Source: Octopus bimaculoides (lineage: Eukaryota). From it: a stretch of DNA of 64,000 bases. Numbering within the stretch: position 1 is the first letter of the stretch; each line of letters starts with the position of its first letter. Location of the stretch: the NCBI RefSeq assembly GCF_001194135.2, contig NC_068983.1:79707752-79771751 (forward strand). The letters run 5' to 3'. The notes under the pieces are model-generated. The model was given only the letters and a program-made list of their open reading frames with translations, had not been told where the DNA came from and ran no database searches. Positions 41,801 to 55,659 of this stretch are shown piece by piece. The translations under genes were made by a program, and so were the position numbers.

Positions 41801-42076
41801 GACGATGCAGTGGAGATGATGTCACACCTGGTTTGAGAAGCATCCATTTTGATAGTCATATGAATCAACAAGCTCAAATTTGTAGTGGAAGAGTCCTTAA
41901 AATAACTTCATTTTTCAGAGTATTAAGCTCATATACTCTGAAGAGATGTAATGAAACAGGTGTTACATAGTGTTAAAGTAGAAATATGAAACTGTTGTTT
42001 TGAATATACATGGCTCTAAACTTCAGTGTGAGTGTGCATGCATGCATATGTGTATGTATGCATGCATGTATGTTTA

Positions 42077-42107
<31 letters not shown>

Positions 42108-43018
42108 TTCATCCTATAGCATAAAGTTACCTCTCTTTTCACCATAGTTCCAATGTCAAAGGAGATCTTAGTTATGTAGGTTGCATGATGACCCCATTAC
42201 TATTGGTACCATTAAAAAATCACTCATTACATGTTGTTTAGTGTTTGGCACTTGGAAGGACATCTATCCATAGAAACTTTACAAAAGCAGGCATTGGAGC
42301 ATGATGCAGTCTTCAGACCCATCAGGTCCTGTCAAGCTATCCAGCCCATAATTAAATGGCAAGGGCTTCTTTCAGTTTCTATCCACTAAATCCACTCATA
42401 AGGATTTTGTTGGCCCAGGACTATAGTAGAAGACCAAAATGCCATGTTATGGGACTGAACCTGAAATTATGTGGCTTATACACGTGCACACGCACACGCA
42501 CACGCACGCACACACACACACACACACACACAACAACAACAACAACAAGTTGTGACACTGGGTAATTGGAAGTAAGTGTTCATGAAGACAAGAAAGCCAG
42601 TTGCTTGATAAATCAAAATGCCATTAACTTACAACAGTTCACGAGATTATTTTGATATACACTATATTGAACCTGTTTCTTATTTAAATGTTCTTTGTTG
42701 AACTGTTTATTATAATATCTAAATTCACATATTTGTGAATTATTTCCACCACAACACAAAGCAAACTGAAATGAAACATCACTTACTTAACATTTAAATG
42801 ACTTTTACATTGCAAATGTGTTGTCTTGTCATTTCTTTGAATTTTTGAAGCAGTTCTTCATAAATTATTGCTACTTAGCACTGGGAGAGGCTGTGTACTA
42901 AGTAACCGGTTATATTATGTTTATATTTAATGCTTGTTTCACTCACAAATTTTGAATTGATTTGACCTTATAAATATTTTCGCATGGTTGTTTTTCTTTT
43001 TCTGCTGTTTTCTCTCTT

Positions 43019-43074
<56 letters not shown>

Positions 43075-43110
43075 GATATCCATCTATTTATCGATCCCTC
43101 TCTTTCTCTC

Positions 43111-43155
<45 letters not shown>

Positions 43156-45450
43156 TCTCTCTCCTTATTTCTTTCTATCGTTTTCCTTTTATTTGTTATC
43201 CACACCTATTTAAAAACTTTCTTTAAAGATTACTGCATATAGTTTAGCATTTTTGCCTCTGTTTAAATGTTGTTGCATTGATGATTATCTGTAAGAATTA
43301 GTATTTGCTTCACTCTCCATGGAGAATAATTCTTTCTTAATATTTCCTCTTTGATGTTCACTTTTATTCAGGTATATTCGTTGTGTATTTAATTACTGCT
43401 AATTATGTTTGTAACATTGTCAAGATTATAATTGTTTTCTACATTTATTAGCTTAGGGATTCATATTATAAACCTCTTCTCGTTTAGGTAACACAGTATA
43501 TGTATGTCCAGATGGATTTAATCATAAAAGATAATATTTCAGTTGTATACCGTTAGCAGATAAGGTTTGCCAGGTATATCTAAAAGTTAGTCTCATATTC
43601 TGTCCTTCAAATTCTTGTACCTTATCAAATAAGCTTTGCTGAACCTACAAGAGAAGTTATTCAACAGCTAAACTTATATCAAATTTATATACCATACTCA
43701 AAACATTAAAGGCTGATGTACTGAATGCTGTCAGCAAAAAAATTTGTAATGGAAATTTCTCTTTTAAAGAAAACTACAACCTAATTGCAATTGTTGATGA
43801 CTCTTAAAGAAAACAGGGAGATAATCTGAAGAAATTACAAATAAATGGTTCATCATTAAAAAATAATATCCTATAGTCACATAGGATAATGTAAACCTGG
43901 ATAAACTAAGCATGACTAACAAATGGGATGGTCATTGCTGAAATGTCTTTGATCACATCTCTATTTGATCAAGGCTGGCCTGGAGCTAAATAACAACATT
44001 CAGAAGCTTTGTTGGCATTATTTAATGATGTGGGTATTAAATATATTCTAGTAATAATAGTATAAATAATTTTCTTACTACAACAACAACAATAATCCTT
44101 TCTGCTATAGATGCAATGCCTGAAATGTTTTTGTAGGAGGCAGTTGATTACATTGGCCGTAGAGCTCAACTAGTATTTATTTCATTGATCCTAAAAGGTT
44201 GAAATGCTAAGCTAACCTTGGCAGAGTTTGAACTGAGCATGTAAAGACATGAAATGCCACCTAGCATTTTATTCAGTGTGCTAACAATTCTGCTAGCTCA
44301 CTGCCTGAACAACAATAATAATAATAATAATCCTTTCTACTAAAGGCACAAGGGCTGAAATTTGGGGAAAGGAGTCTAGTCAATTACAATGATCCCAGTG
44401 CACAACCTTGAAAGGATGAAAGGCAAAGTTGACCTCAGTGGAATTTGAACCCAGAACATAAGGACAGATGAAATACCACTAAGCATTTTGCTTGGCATTC
44501 TAATTATTCTGCCAGCTTGCTGCCTGACAATGATAATTATAATATTAACAGTAATTGCTTCTAATGTCAGTACAAAGCTATAAGTTTTGTAAAAGGTTAG
44601 TCAATTCAATCATCATTATCATTTAATGCTGGCATGGGTTGAACAGTTTGACAGGAGCTGTTAAGGTTGAGGGCTGCACCAGGCTCCATTGTTTGTTCTG
44701 CCATACCTTTCCTAATGCCAATCACTTTTCAGAGTGTACTGGATGCATTTTACATGGCCTCAGCACAAGCACTGGTATCAATTCTGCTGTGGATGGGTTA
44801 GGGTTAGGGATGGGTCTTCTTGAATACAGCAAGACGCCAGATACCTTGGTCCTTTCTGAACCAACCTCAGTAATTGATAGGTATATCAATTATATCATAG
44901 CACCTGGAAGGATGACTGGCAAAGTTGATCACTTGCATTTAAACTCAGATCTTAAAGAACCAGATCAAATATCACGAGGTGTTTTATCCCAAGCTTTAAG
45001 GATTCTGCCATTCCACTACACTTAATAATAGTAACAATGATAATTGTTTCTATCACCTCACAAGGTGAGAAGTTTTAAGGGGAAGGGCTAGTTGATTAAA
45101 TCACCTCCAGTACATCACTGATACTTTATTTTAGCAATCCCAGAGGAATGTAAAGCAAAGTTGACTTTGGTGGGATAGCATTATAGCAAATTGCCACTAA
45201 GGTATTTGGTCAAATGCTAATGATTCTGATAATTCACCACCTTTAACCCCTTTACACTTTACAAAGATTACACTTTCAAATGTAATACTTATTTATGTTT
45301 TGAATTAATTATGCATTATCTTGTAACTTCAAGATTTTATAGTTATGACAGCTTATTTTTAGAATGACATCGTAGGGTTGGTGTCTAAGCTTGAATCTGT
45401 CCCTAAAGGATGAAAAGCAAGGTGGAATTTGAACTCAAAATGTGAAGTGT

Positions 45451-45841
45451 TACTCTTTTACTCTTTTACTTGTTTCAGTCATTTGACTGCAGCCATGCTG
45501 AAGCACCACCTTTAGTCGAACAAATCGATGCCAGGACTTATTCTTTGTAAGCCTAGTACTAATTATATCGGTCTCTTTTTGCCGAACCGCTAAGTTACGG
45601 GGACATAAACACACCAGCATCTATTGTCAAGCGATGTTGGTGGGGACAAACACAGACACAAACATATATGCACACACATACATATATACATATATACATA
45701 TATACGACGGGCTTCTTTCAGTAGAAGACACTTGCCCAAGGCTATAGTAGAAGACACTTGCCCAAGGTGTCACGCCGTGGGACTGAACCCGGGACCATGT
45801 GGTTGGTAAGCAAGCTACTTACCACACAGCCACTCCTGCAC
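45451..45841 (-). mobile_element. tRNA-headed SINE, family A (best-preserved copy)
   Basis: Head GCAGGAGTGGCTGTGTGGTAAG (A-box-like) and GGTTCAGTCC (B-box-like), internal TA/CA tract, tail GACTGAAACAAGTAAAAGAGTAAAAGAGTA; many CpGs retained. Confidence 0.88.
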
Positions 45842-46009
45842 CTAACGCTGTAAAGCATTTTTTATCCAACACTAATGTTTCTGCCAGCTAGCCTTCTTGG
45901 TTTCTCCTTTAAGCTAGCAATTTTGAGGAGAGATATCAATAAAATAAAGTACGGTTTCTTATCTGACACTGTATTTTATTGATCCTGGAGGAATGAAAGG
46001 CACAATAAT

Positions 46010-46584
46010 GATAATAGTAATAAATGCCCTGATGCAGTACCAGGCATTAGCTCTCATGGCTTCTGATCTTAACTGATTGGATGTATTATCATATACATTG
46101 TTTCATCTTGGTATAAGTGATGGGCCGCAGCAAATATTCTGCTCAGTACCACAGATTTGCTTGTCAGTTGTTTGACCTCAATGAGTTGAACATGTCCCTT
46201 ATAGTAGCTGACGATATGGGCATCTCTGATCATGAGCAGAAACAGTGGAGGAGCATCTTAGCCATGTGTTGAGAGGAATTCTTTTGGGTTTGGATAATTC
46301 ACCTTTGGAAACATGGATGCTTTGTTCATCATCCTTAAACAACTCTTATTTAGGGATCTTTTGAGCAGGATGGGCTACTTGACCTGAAGAAAATTCTCAC
46401 TGAGACAGACCTGCAAGGTCATGCACTGTTTATCTTGATATGAGATCACTATGCTGCGGCACATATGTTTGTGATACATGTGCCTGGTGTACCTTTATCA
46501 GACAGGTAGTCATGATGGATATATTGGGCTTCGTGTATTTTACCCTAGTGTCACTTTGATGACATGCACTGCTCTCTCACTCAC

Positions 46585-46612
<28 letters not shown>
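46010..46612 (+). mobile_element. Interspersed repeat ending in (AAT)n, probable LINE 3' end or non-autonomous retroelement
   Basis: GC-richer ~570-bp block with a simple-repeat tail; recognised from memory as a frequent octopus repeat, not verifiable here. Confidence 0.5.
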
Positions 46613-46615
<3 letters not shown>

Positions 46616-46945
46616 AAGAAGAAGTAGAATTGTTTTAATATACACATAAAGCCTGAAATTTTGGGGAGAAATAAGTTGATTATAGCAAGCCTAATACTTG
46701 TTAAGTATTTAATTTTCTTGACCTTAGAAGGGTAAAAGACAAAGTTGACCTCAGTAGGATTTGAACATAAAGATTTGAGCATAAAGAGACAGAACTAAAG
46801 CACCAAAGCATTTTATCCAATGTTCTAACAATTCTGCCTCTCCACTCCTCTTAAAAGGGATGATGATGATAATGATGATAATTGGTGGTGGTGGTGGTGG
46901 TGGTGGTAGTAGTATTGGTAGTGGTGGTGGTGGTGGTGGTGGTAA

Positions 46946-47481
46946 NNNNNNNNNNNNNNNNNNNNNNNNNNNNNNNNNNNNNNNNNNNNNNNNNNNNNNN
47001 NNNNNNNNNNNNNNNNNNNNNNNNNNNNNNNNNNNNNNNNNNNNNNNNNNNNNNNNNNNNNNNNNNNNNNNNNNNNNNNNNNNNNNNNNNNNNNNNNNNN
47101 NNNNNNNNNNNNNNNNNNNNNNNNNNNNNNNNNNNNNNNNNNNNNNNNNNNNNNNNNNNNNNNNNNNNNNNNNNNNNNNNNNNNNNNNNNNNNNNNNNNN
47201 NNNNNNNNNNNNNNNNNNNNNNNNNNNNNNNNNNNNNNNNNNNNNNNNNNNNNNNNNNNNNNNNNNNNNNNNNNNNNNNNNNNNNNNNNNNNNNNNNNNN
47301 NNNNNNNNNNNNNNNNNNNNNNNNNNNNNNNNNNNNNNNNNNNNNNNNNNNNNNNNNNNNNNNNNNNNNNNNNNNNNNNNNNNNNNNNNNNNNNNNNNNN
47401 NNNNNNNNNNNNNNNNNNNNNNNNNNNNNNNNNNNNNNNNNNNNNNNNNNNNNNNNNNNNNNNNNNNNNNNNNNNNNNNNN
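46946..47481. other. Assembly gap
   Basis: N run with the same (GGT)n-AGTAGTATT-(GGT)n block on both sides. Confidence 1.
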
Positions 47482-48077
47482 GGTGGTGGTGGTGGTGGTG
47501 GTGGTAGTAGTATTGGTAGTGGTGGTGGTGGTGGTGGTGGTAATGATTGTGGCTGCAGCATAGCAGCAGCATTTATTGTGTACAACTTTTGTTATGTTTA
47601 GCTACAAAAGAGTGATTTCAAAGCACTACTTAATATATTCTTTTGTTACACGTGCATGCACACACACACACACACACACATTGGAACTTTTGCTTGACAA
47701 ACAAAGAACTCTAGAATGGAGACAGTAGTGAGTAGTGAAATGTCCGCAAGGTGTTTTTGACTGAACAACTAAAAATAAAATGTTGGTGTCTACTAAGTGA
47801 AATGTAGTCTTGTAACATACTCGATTTGTTTATTCCAATTACACATAATGGGGACTGTCTGTTTTATTAGGTTGAAATTTCATATTCTGACAGATAAATC
47901 AAGGAGGTCACATGATCTTTGGCAAATGAACTATTCTGGGGGAAATCTAAACAACTTCTGAATGGTTTGAACTTATAAAAGATTTTCTTTCCTTTTTTTT
48001 TTAATTTCAAATTGAAATTATCTTATTTATTTATTTTAACGCTGTTATGTTACACTCTTGCATAAATATAGAAACAG

Positions 48078-48440
48078 TTATGGTTGTTTGGTTAAGAAGT
48101 TCATTTCACAGCTATGAGGTTTGGGACTCAGTCCCACTGTACAGCATCTTGGTTAAGTGTTTTCTACTATAGCTGTGAAATAACTGATGCTTTGTAAGCT
48201 AAATTGATTGATGGAAACTGTGCAGAAGCCTATGATCAGTGTGTGTGTGTGTGTTTCTTTGTTTTTATCTCTCACCTCTTGACAATGATGTTGGTTGGCC
48301 AAAATAGATTGATAAAATAAATATCAGATTAAAAAAAGAAGTACTGTAGTAGATTTGATCAACTGAAAATCATCCCTTCTAAGTGATGCTCCAACATAGT
48401 TACAGTTCAGTGACTGAAACAAGTGAAAGAATAAAAGAAT
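48078..48440 (+). mobile_element. SINE family A, degenerate
   Basis: Head TGGTTGTTTGGTTAAGAAG; tail GACTGAAACAAGTGAAAGAATAAAAGA. Confidence 0.7.
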
Positions 48441-48864
48441 GAATAAATAAGAATATTGGAAACAAGTGATAACAAATGGTGTGATGAAAGAAGAGAATGA
48501 AATTTCAGGCGAGAATGTTTATGTATGTTCATATTAAACTGGCACTCTGTGAGTTATAACAATGAGTTTTCCAGTTGATCTGCTCAAAGGTACAGCCTGC
48601 TCGTGAAATTAATGTACAAATGGCTGAGCAGCATTAATGTATTTCTCAAGGAGATAAAGTATGACACAGAAATGTGACAAAGCTGAACCTTTGAAATAAA
48701 GGTGCAACTCATTTTTGCCAACTGAGTGGACTGGAGTAATATGACACAAAGTATCTTGCTCAAGGACACAATACACTGCTGGGAATCAAAAACATGACCT
48801 TATGATATTGAGTCAAATATCTTAGCCACTAAGCCATATGCCGTCACACATATGGTTATATTCT

Positions 48865-49325
48865 TTTCTACTCTAAGCACAAGGCCCGAAATTTTGGGAG
48901 TGGGGGGGTGCTAGTCAATTAGATCAACCCCAGTGTGCAACTAGTACTTAATTTATTGACCCCGAAAGAATGAAAGGCTAAGTCGACCTCAGTGGAATTT
49001 GAACTCAGAACCTAAAGACAGACAAAATACTGCTAAGCATTTTGCCTGGTGTGCTAATATTTCTTATTTCTTTACTGCCCACAAGGAGCTAAACATAGAG
49101 GGGACAAACAAGGACAGACAAAGGAATTAAGTCGATTAGATCGACCCCAATGCGTAAATGGTACTTAATTTATCGACCTCAAAAGGATGAAAGGCAAGGT
49201 CGGCCTCGGCAGAATTTGAACTCAGAATGTAACAGCAGATGAAATACCGCTAAGCATTTCGCCCCAGCATGCTAACGTTTCTGCCAGCTCACCCGGCATG
49301 TTAACATTTCTGCTGGCTTGCCACC
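48865..49325 (-). mobile_element. Two tandem copies of SINE family B
   Basis: The block GATGAAAGGCAAAGTCGACCTC..GAATTTGAACTCAGAA...AAATACCGCTAAGCATTT occurs twice. Related copies at ~44080-44530 (-), 46620-46840 (-), 59480-59690 (+), 62140-62245 (+). Confidence 0.82.
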
Positions 49326-52049
49326 CTACACATATGATTATATTACTATTACTTCAAAACACTTTGATTACTTGAGGTTCTAATAGGCAATTCCTTAAAT
49401 ATTTTCAGTATGTTGTTACTGTTGTTAGTGTTGTTTATCCCTTGTCAACCCTGATTAAGCTGACCTGTGATCAGACATTCCAGTCATGGTTATCCTATCA
49501 TTGTTTCTCCAGATCCAGTACAACTTATCTGTTCATTGTTACCTTTTGATACCAACCTGCTCAAGGTTTCTTCTGACTATAATACAAACTTTCTGCTTTA
49601 AAGTTAACTAAAAGCTTCCATCAAAATTCCGAATCAGTTTATGTTCCAAATACCAGATTAATAATGACAGAGGAACTATTCATTAAATTCTTCCTTAATT
49701 TTAAAATTAATTGAAACAAAGTTATATTGTAAAGAGACATTGCAATAAAAGGGTTAAAACTGCAGGAAGTATGATTTTGAAGGAGATCTTGGTTGTTGCC
49801 TAAAGCAGGTTAAACAATCTTGTACAGGCTTCCCTCATAGGCTCAATATTTATATATTGTTTTCTTACATAAGTCACAAGATCTTAAATTTATGAGAAAG
49901 GAACAATCAGTTACACCAACTCTAGTACATGACTAATAATTTTGATACTGTGATCAATATATTGTATCCATCATGGAAAATAGATATCAAAACAATAATT
50001 CCCTTGTAAAAGTTCAATAAACATGTACTCTACTTAAAGTATTGAGTAATACTTCAGTTTAATATTAAATCATTTTTATATATAACTTGACCCTAAAACC
50101 AAACATGTGTATGTGTGTTTACATTCACATTGCTTAGATATATGTACCAGACTTAGATATAATACAGGTTCAATATGATTGACTAAACCCTTGAAATCAG
50201 TGGCCAGCATTGTTGAAGAGTTAAATGACTAAAATCAGTAAAAGACAGAACTTAAAAAGGAAGATATGATGGAGAATTATGTGGAGGCCTCAGGGATGAA
50301 ATGAGATTAACTAAGAAGCGATGAAATTATTAAGCCATATTAAAGACCTGTCCAATGCATGCTGTTATGGAAAAATAGTAGCTATTGGTGTCATTTTTGT
50401 GGACTTCAGATCAGCCTTGATCTATCAGACCAGTGATCAAAAGCATTCTGCCCATGACAATACTGACTTTTTGCATATTTAAGACTACAATGGACAATGG
50501 GTATTTGTTTATTTTTTAAGATCTTTGATGAAATTTTTAAAACTATTTAGCTGCTATTTCTAACAGGGCAAGTGACTACATTGCAGCACCCACTTTGACT
50601 CAGTTAAGATGGTGATTATGTTTACATCCATATACAGTGATTATTTACATTTCAGAAATATTTCAAAGTTCTTTTAATATTCTATTATAGTTCTTGTCTT
50701 CTTCTTGCTAACACCAATTGTTAATGATATTACATTTTTATAGTATTTGCTTTCATAATATAAGAAATTAATTGTATCAAAATATTACTTCAAAATAGCT
50801 CTTTAATTTAATTACCTCTATATCACTTTGGCTTTGATATTACAGCATTGTCTTTGGCCATCTAACCAATAAAAGCGGTCAATAAAAGATTAGCTTTGTA
50901 ATGGCATTTACTTAAATAAACTGAACTAATTCATAAAATTTCAGAGGTTTCATAATCAATATTAGCCTCAGATAAAAGATACAGCTCATCACTTCTTACT
51001 TCATAATTTTAAAAAATATTTTTTGTGATTATAACTGACAAGATAGAATATTATTTATATCTTGGTATGGACCTTTCTCAGCAGAAATGCAGACGAGATT
51101 TAATTGCACAGGTTAGGGGATTCATTTAAAGTTTGAAAAAGGTTAGTATTATGTGTCAACCCTAGGATAGAAAGATAATCTGTAAGCTGATCGTTCTCAT
51201 AATGAAGAATAGAACCTGTAACTCAGTGAGTTGGCTGTGTCATTAGAGCATCACAGTATTTGCTCTTATCCTATGTGTTCTAATTTCAAATCCTGCCAGA
51301 AACCTTTGATTAGAATAACATGATTTCACTACTCAGATCTCTAAAAATTCAAGTTATTCCATATGCATATGATATTATGGGACCTTATTACATAACATAC
51401 ATGATTATGGCATCAGTTATTGTCCATCTGAAATAGTTGTAAAGATAAGAGTATGACATCATTCCTTTTGTTTATTTGCTGGTGTTACCTGGCCTGGACG
51501 AAGATATTGGAGTTTTTTCGATTTATCTGAAAACTACTTGGTGACTATCCATACCATGCTTGCTTCAGTGTTTTCCAACACACTCTTTATATGCATATAT
51601 ATAATCATTTAACATCCATGCTCCATGTTGTCATGTGTTGAATGGTTTGGCAGGATCTGACAATTTCAATAATTGCATCATGTACAAATGTCTGCTTTTG
51701 CATAGTTTCTACAGCCAAATGCCTTTTCTAACACTGACCACTTTACAGCATGTACTGGGTGCTCTTTTCATGATATTAGCACTTATCAGCTGGCAAAACT
51801 AAGGTCCCTTTTGACTGAGTGGGGCTACAGTATAGAGATAAATGAGTGTATACTAAGAGATAATGGGTGAAGTATGAGAGAACAAGTCAGGACAGAATAT
51901 AGATGCATACATACATATATGTATATACTCATACAAAGAGAGAAAGAAAGATGTAGTGATGCTGATTATCAATAATATGGCTGAAAGAAAATACCTCAGA
52001 GAAGAGTTCTGAATATCAATACAATGGAAGTTGGATGGCGTGTTTGAAT

Positions 52050-52450
52050 TGTAATGTTGTCCAGGGATTTCTTTCCATCTATTATCAAATATAAAAGACT
52101 TGGCTTCATCTATAGTTTCAGCATTTAATGTTCAGAGTCGGTATGAAATGGGAGAAGAAATTAGGTGATCTGGCCCTGAAGGTATATGTATTATGTTTGT
52201 AATTGCTTCTTAACAGAAATTCAGAGACAAAGTATTAAATTAAGCTGGTTTAAATAGCTGACAGAATTCATACTTTAAACATCTCAATTCTCCAGACAAA
52301 ATTCAGACAGGAGTACCTCAACTTGGTCTCTCAACCTAAGAGAAACAGTAGAATTCTCCTCAACTAGCATTCTACTGATTTAGGGCTTAATGGAATTACA
52401 CTTTGAATTGTGTGGTTCTAAATACAATATGTCTGAATAGGATAGTCACA
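52050..52450 (+). mobile_element. Fossil LINE reverse-transcriptase fragment (CR1/L2-like)
   Basis: WFK at 52246 followed by IQTGVPQ ending at 52321, the order expected for W..SYL...R.Q...GVPQG; frameshifted. Confidence 0.4.
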
Positions 52451-52737
52451 ACTGGATCTATACAATAAAAGTTGATCAGAAGCTACATGTCAATAGCAAA
52501 TTTGGGTTAAGTTATAACCATAACTCCAGTTGAATATATTTGTTCTGTTGGATAGGTAAGTTAATATCGTAACTAAACTATATTCAAGCTACACTACATT
52601 TGTTTAATATTCCTTCTTCCTTTCAGCGCATTGAGTATGTCAATAACACTAGTATGTAAAGCACAGTATTTCAGCTGTTCTTGTACAGGGCAACTATGAA
52701 AAGACAAGAGCAGCTGACTCTCCTAACCTAGTACTTA

Positions 52738-52955
52738 TGAGTGGAGTGTTGAAAAGTTCCTGGCTTAAAGGGTATCACAAAAGGCCTGGTTAGAGGCCCA
52801 ACCTTCCAAATTCTTTTAACAAGGCTTAGAAAAACTGAAAGACCACTGCAATAAGTGGGTCAATCTGAGAGGGAATATGTTGAATAAAATCATAATTAAC
52901 TGATCCTTCTGTATTTTCTTTTACCCAAAACCAGGAATTTTCCAGCACCCACTCA
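52738..52955 (-). mobile_element. Mariner-type MITE, copy 3 (reverse orientation)
   Basis: Same TIRs; interior is the reverse complement (AATATGTTGAATAAAATCATAATTAACTGATCC). Confidence 0.85.
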
Positions 52956-53954
52956 AATGATAACAGTTTAATTTTCTGAACACCATATAACTTAACTTCT
53001 TGTGGTAACAGAATAACCTTTGGCTTCACTCTTTAACTGATGATTATGGTTTCAATTTTTGTTTAATCAAAAATATAAATAAATGTTTATTTCTCATTAA
53101 TAATGACATATCATTTATATTATTTATTGTAATAATGACATAGTATTAGTAATAATGACAATTTGGGAAATTGATGATGATGTCTAGGATATTCTGAAAG
53201 ATTTGATTGACAAATCACATGTTATAAATTTGCTTGAAATGGAGCTGTCCAAATCCAGTCAACAAAACAATTTCTAACTTTGACACAAGATCACGATTTC
53301 AAGAAGTGGAAAGTTGATTAATTTAGCCCCAATGCTTTACTAGTGCTTTAACAACCCTGATAGATTAAAAAGTAAAGTTGGCCCCAGCAAGATTTAAGCT
53401 GAACTTAGTATTTCACTTTTCAATTAATTAGCAATGATAGCAAAATATGTTACAATATCTTGATTGACTATGAATGTTTCAAAATCAGTTTGATGCAGTA
53501 TCTCTTGAAAATGTTGCTTAAATCTGCAATTTTCTGAAAAAAAAATTCCACAATCCTTGAAATTAAAATATATAGTATAAGACATTTAGTAGAACAATAC
53601 TTCACCAATAGTTATTTGTGTATTTTATCAGTGTTTCTTGTTTACAATAGGTTTCCTGTCATATCTCTCATTTCAAATATAACATTCAATCATTGTTTAA
53701 AACACTGTAGCAAATGATAATTCACATAATACCATTAGTTCAGATTTAAGCAATGGAGTTTACAAAAAGAAAAAAAGAAAGAAAAAAGAATTCCATTTTA
53801 TCTCCTTTGTTTCACTTTTACTTTGTAAATTACCATTAAACAGAATAATAAATTATCATCTCTATGACAGTTTGAAAGTCAACTTAGTTTAGTTGTTTTA
53901 GAATCCTGAATTTAATCACTTGCTCTTATTGACACCTCAATATTTGTTTCTTAG

Positions 53955-54097
53955 GAAAAATATTTCTTTAAATGGAGAGAAAAAAAGAGCAAATTTAGGG
54001 AAATTACAAAATAACTTAGTCAAAGCTTTGACAGTATTGTCAGATGCGTCTGCTAATGAAAAGCTGCTCTTTGCACTGTGCAGCCAAGAAATGAAAG
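53955..54097 (+). CDS. Candidate internal exon, unknown protein (KNISLNGEKKRANLGKLQNNLVKALTVLSDASANEKLLFALCSQEMK)
   Basis: TTTGTTTCTTAG acceptor, 143-nt open frame, AG|GTTGAC donor (weak). No recognised homology. Confidence 0.3.
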
Positions 54098-55376
54098 GTT
54101 GACATTAGAATTTATATATTTGTTTCCACAAGTGCTAATGTTTGTGAAATTTCTCATATAACTACTGCTCATGATTTCTTCAAAACAAAGTTTAATGTTT
54201 TCTTATTTTTTAAATTTATTTTTCTGTTTGATAAAACTTTGAATTGTTATAGTATAAATTATCCTCTTTTCCTTTCATCCACTAAAAGGCACTTTCTGCT
54301 CTTCATTATTGCTCTGTTTCAGTTCTGATATTTTCTATCTTCTTTTTAGTATTTTAAACAATGATGCCTGGAACGCATTAGCATATATTTGAGTATTTTA
54401 TTATTTATGTTTTTCCACTAATTACAATAGATTTGCTGATTTCTATTTAAAATGGATAATTCATCTACAAACCATTTTTTTCTAGCTCACTATCAATGTA
54501 ATTGGTTTATATTCAAGGTTGTGGAATTTAATAGGCTCCCTGTTTGAAGTAACACCATCTTTACAAATCTTTCAGTTATTTTCTTGAAAGCTAATCAATC
54601 AGCATACAATTAGCAGTTTAATTATTTAACGGGATAGCTTTCTGGTGTGTTTATTACAGAGTCCAACTTCACATTTTTTTTTTTACATCTTCGGCACTAT
54701 AATTTATTATGTCATTGCGACTCTACTGAATATGTTATTCAACTGTTAGATGAAACCTTTTCTTCACACATGTAATACTCCAAGCATACACTTAGAATTA
54801 GATGATGGAAGATGAATTACTTTTTAATGGGATACTAATTTGTATGAAAGAAACTCAGTCCTTCAATTTTATTTTCTATCTCACGAAATTGTAAAATAAA
54901 ATGCATCGCTCAAAGGTATTTATTGAAAAAATTGATTAAGCCCATAACTAGTTTCCAAATGTTCATTCACTCTGCATATATCAGATAAACTACCTCCCTG
55001 CATTTTGTTGTATTTAAACAGCCCTCATGATTGGCAACAGATAGAATGTAGAATGTGTCTTAATTCCAATTGTGCCCATTTTCCTATAAATTTCTTGTAT
55101 ATGTTAGTTAAGTATTGCTAATATTCATTTAATATCTATTTATCCATACTAAATAGTGAAAGTTTTGAGCACAGGAATGCAAATTAAGAAAATCTTCCTC
55201 TACAATGCTATTGTGCTGTAACAATCTGGTAAACTATACCTTCTTGTGATATTTATAGTAGGATTGTTTAGAATTAAATGGTTTGTGGCCATCAACACAG
55301 CACAGGTGATGGATTACAAACTAAAACACTTTGCTTCAGCCATACATTATTAAATTACTTAATTGGGTTTAAACAT

Positions 55377-55659
55377 CTGTGATCTCCATATGTAATTAGG
55401 TTTCTTAACAGAGCTTGTTCAACTGTAACCTCCAGATGTGATTAGAATACTTAATATAGAATGGTTGACTGAAACCTCCAGATGTGTCTGGATTGCTTTA
55501 TAATCTATTAGATTATTGAATTCCATTCAGTTTGGATTTCACTAGATCTATTACCATTATCATTATAATTATTATAGTTTCATAAGATTTGGCTGACTGT
55601 AATCTCCAGATGTATTTAGATTACTTGACAAAAAATGGTTGACTGTGAACTCCAAATGT
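55377..55659. repeat. Degenerate 46-bp repeat, five copies
   Basis: Core CTGTAACCTCCAGATGT-like at 55377, 55423, 55469, 55597 and 55643 (spacings 46, 46, 128, 46). Confidence 0.85.

Noticed and set aside
45770-45841. tRNA gene-like A and B boxes
   Set aside because: No cloverleaf, and it continues into the SINE body; these are SINE heads, not tRNA genes.
46751-47601. Pro/Gly/His-rich ORFs of 215-273 aa
   Set aside because: (GGT)n flanks duplicated around an N-gap.
52120-52180. Exon-like HLMFRVGMKWEKKLGDLALK with a GT donor
   Set aside because: It lies within the decayed LINE RT segment upstream of the WFK and GVPQ motifs.
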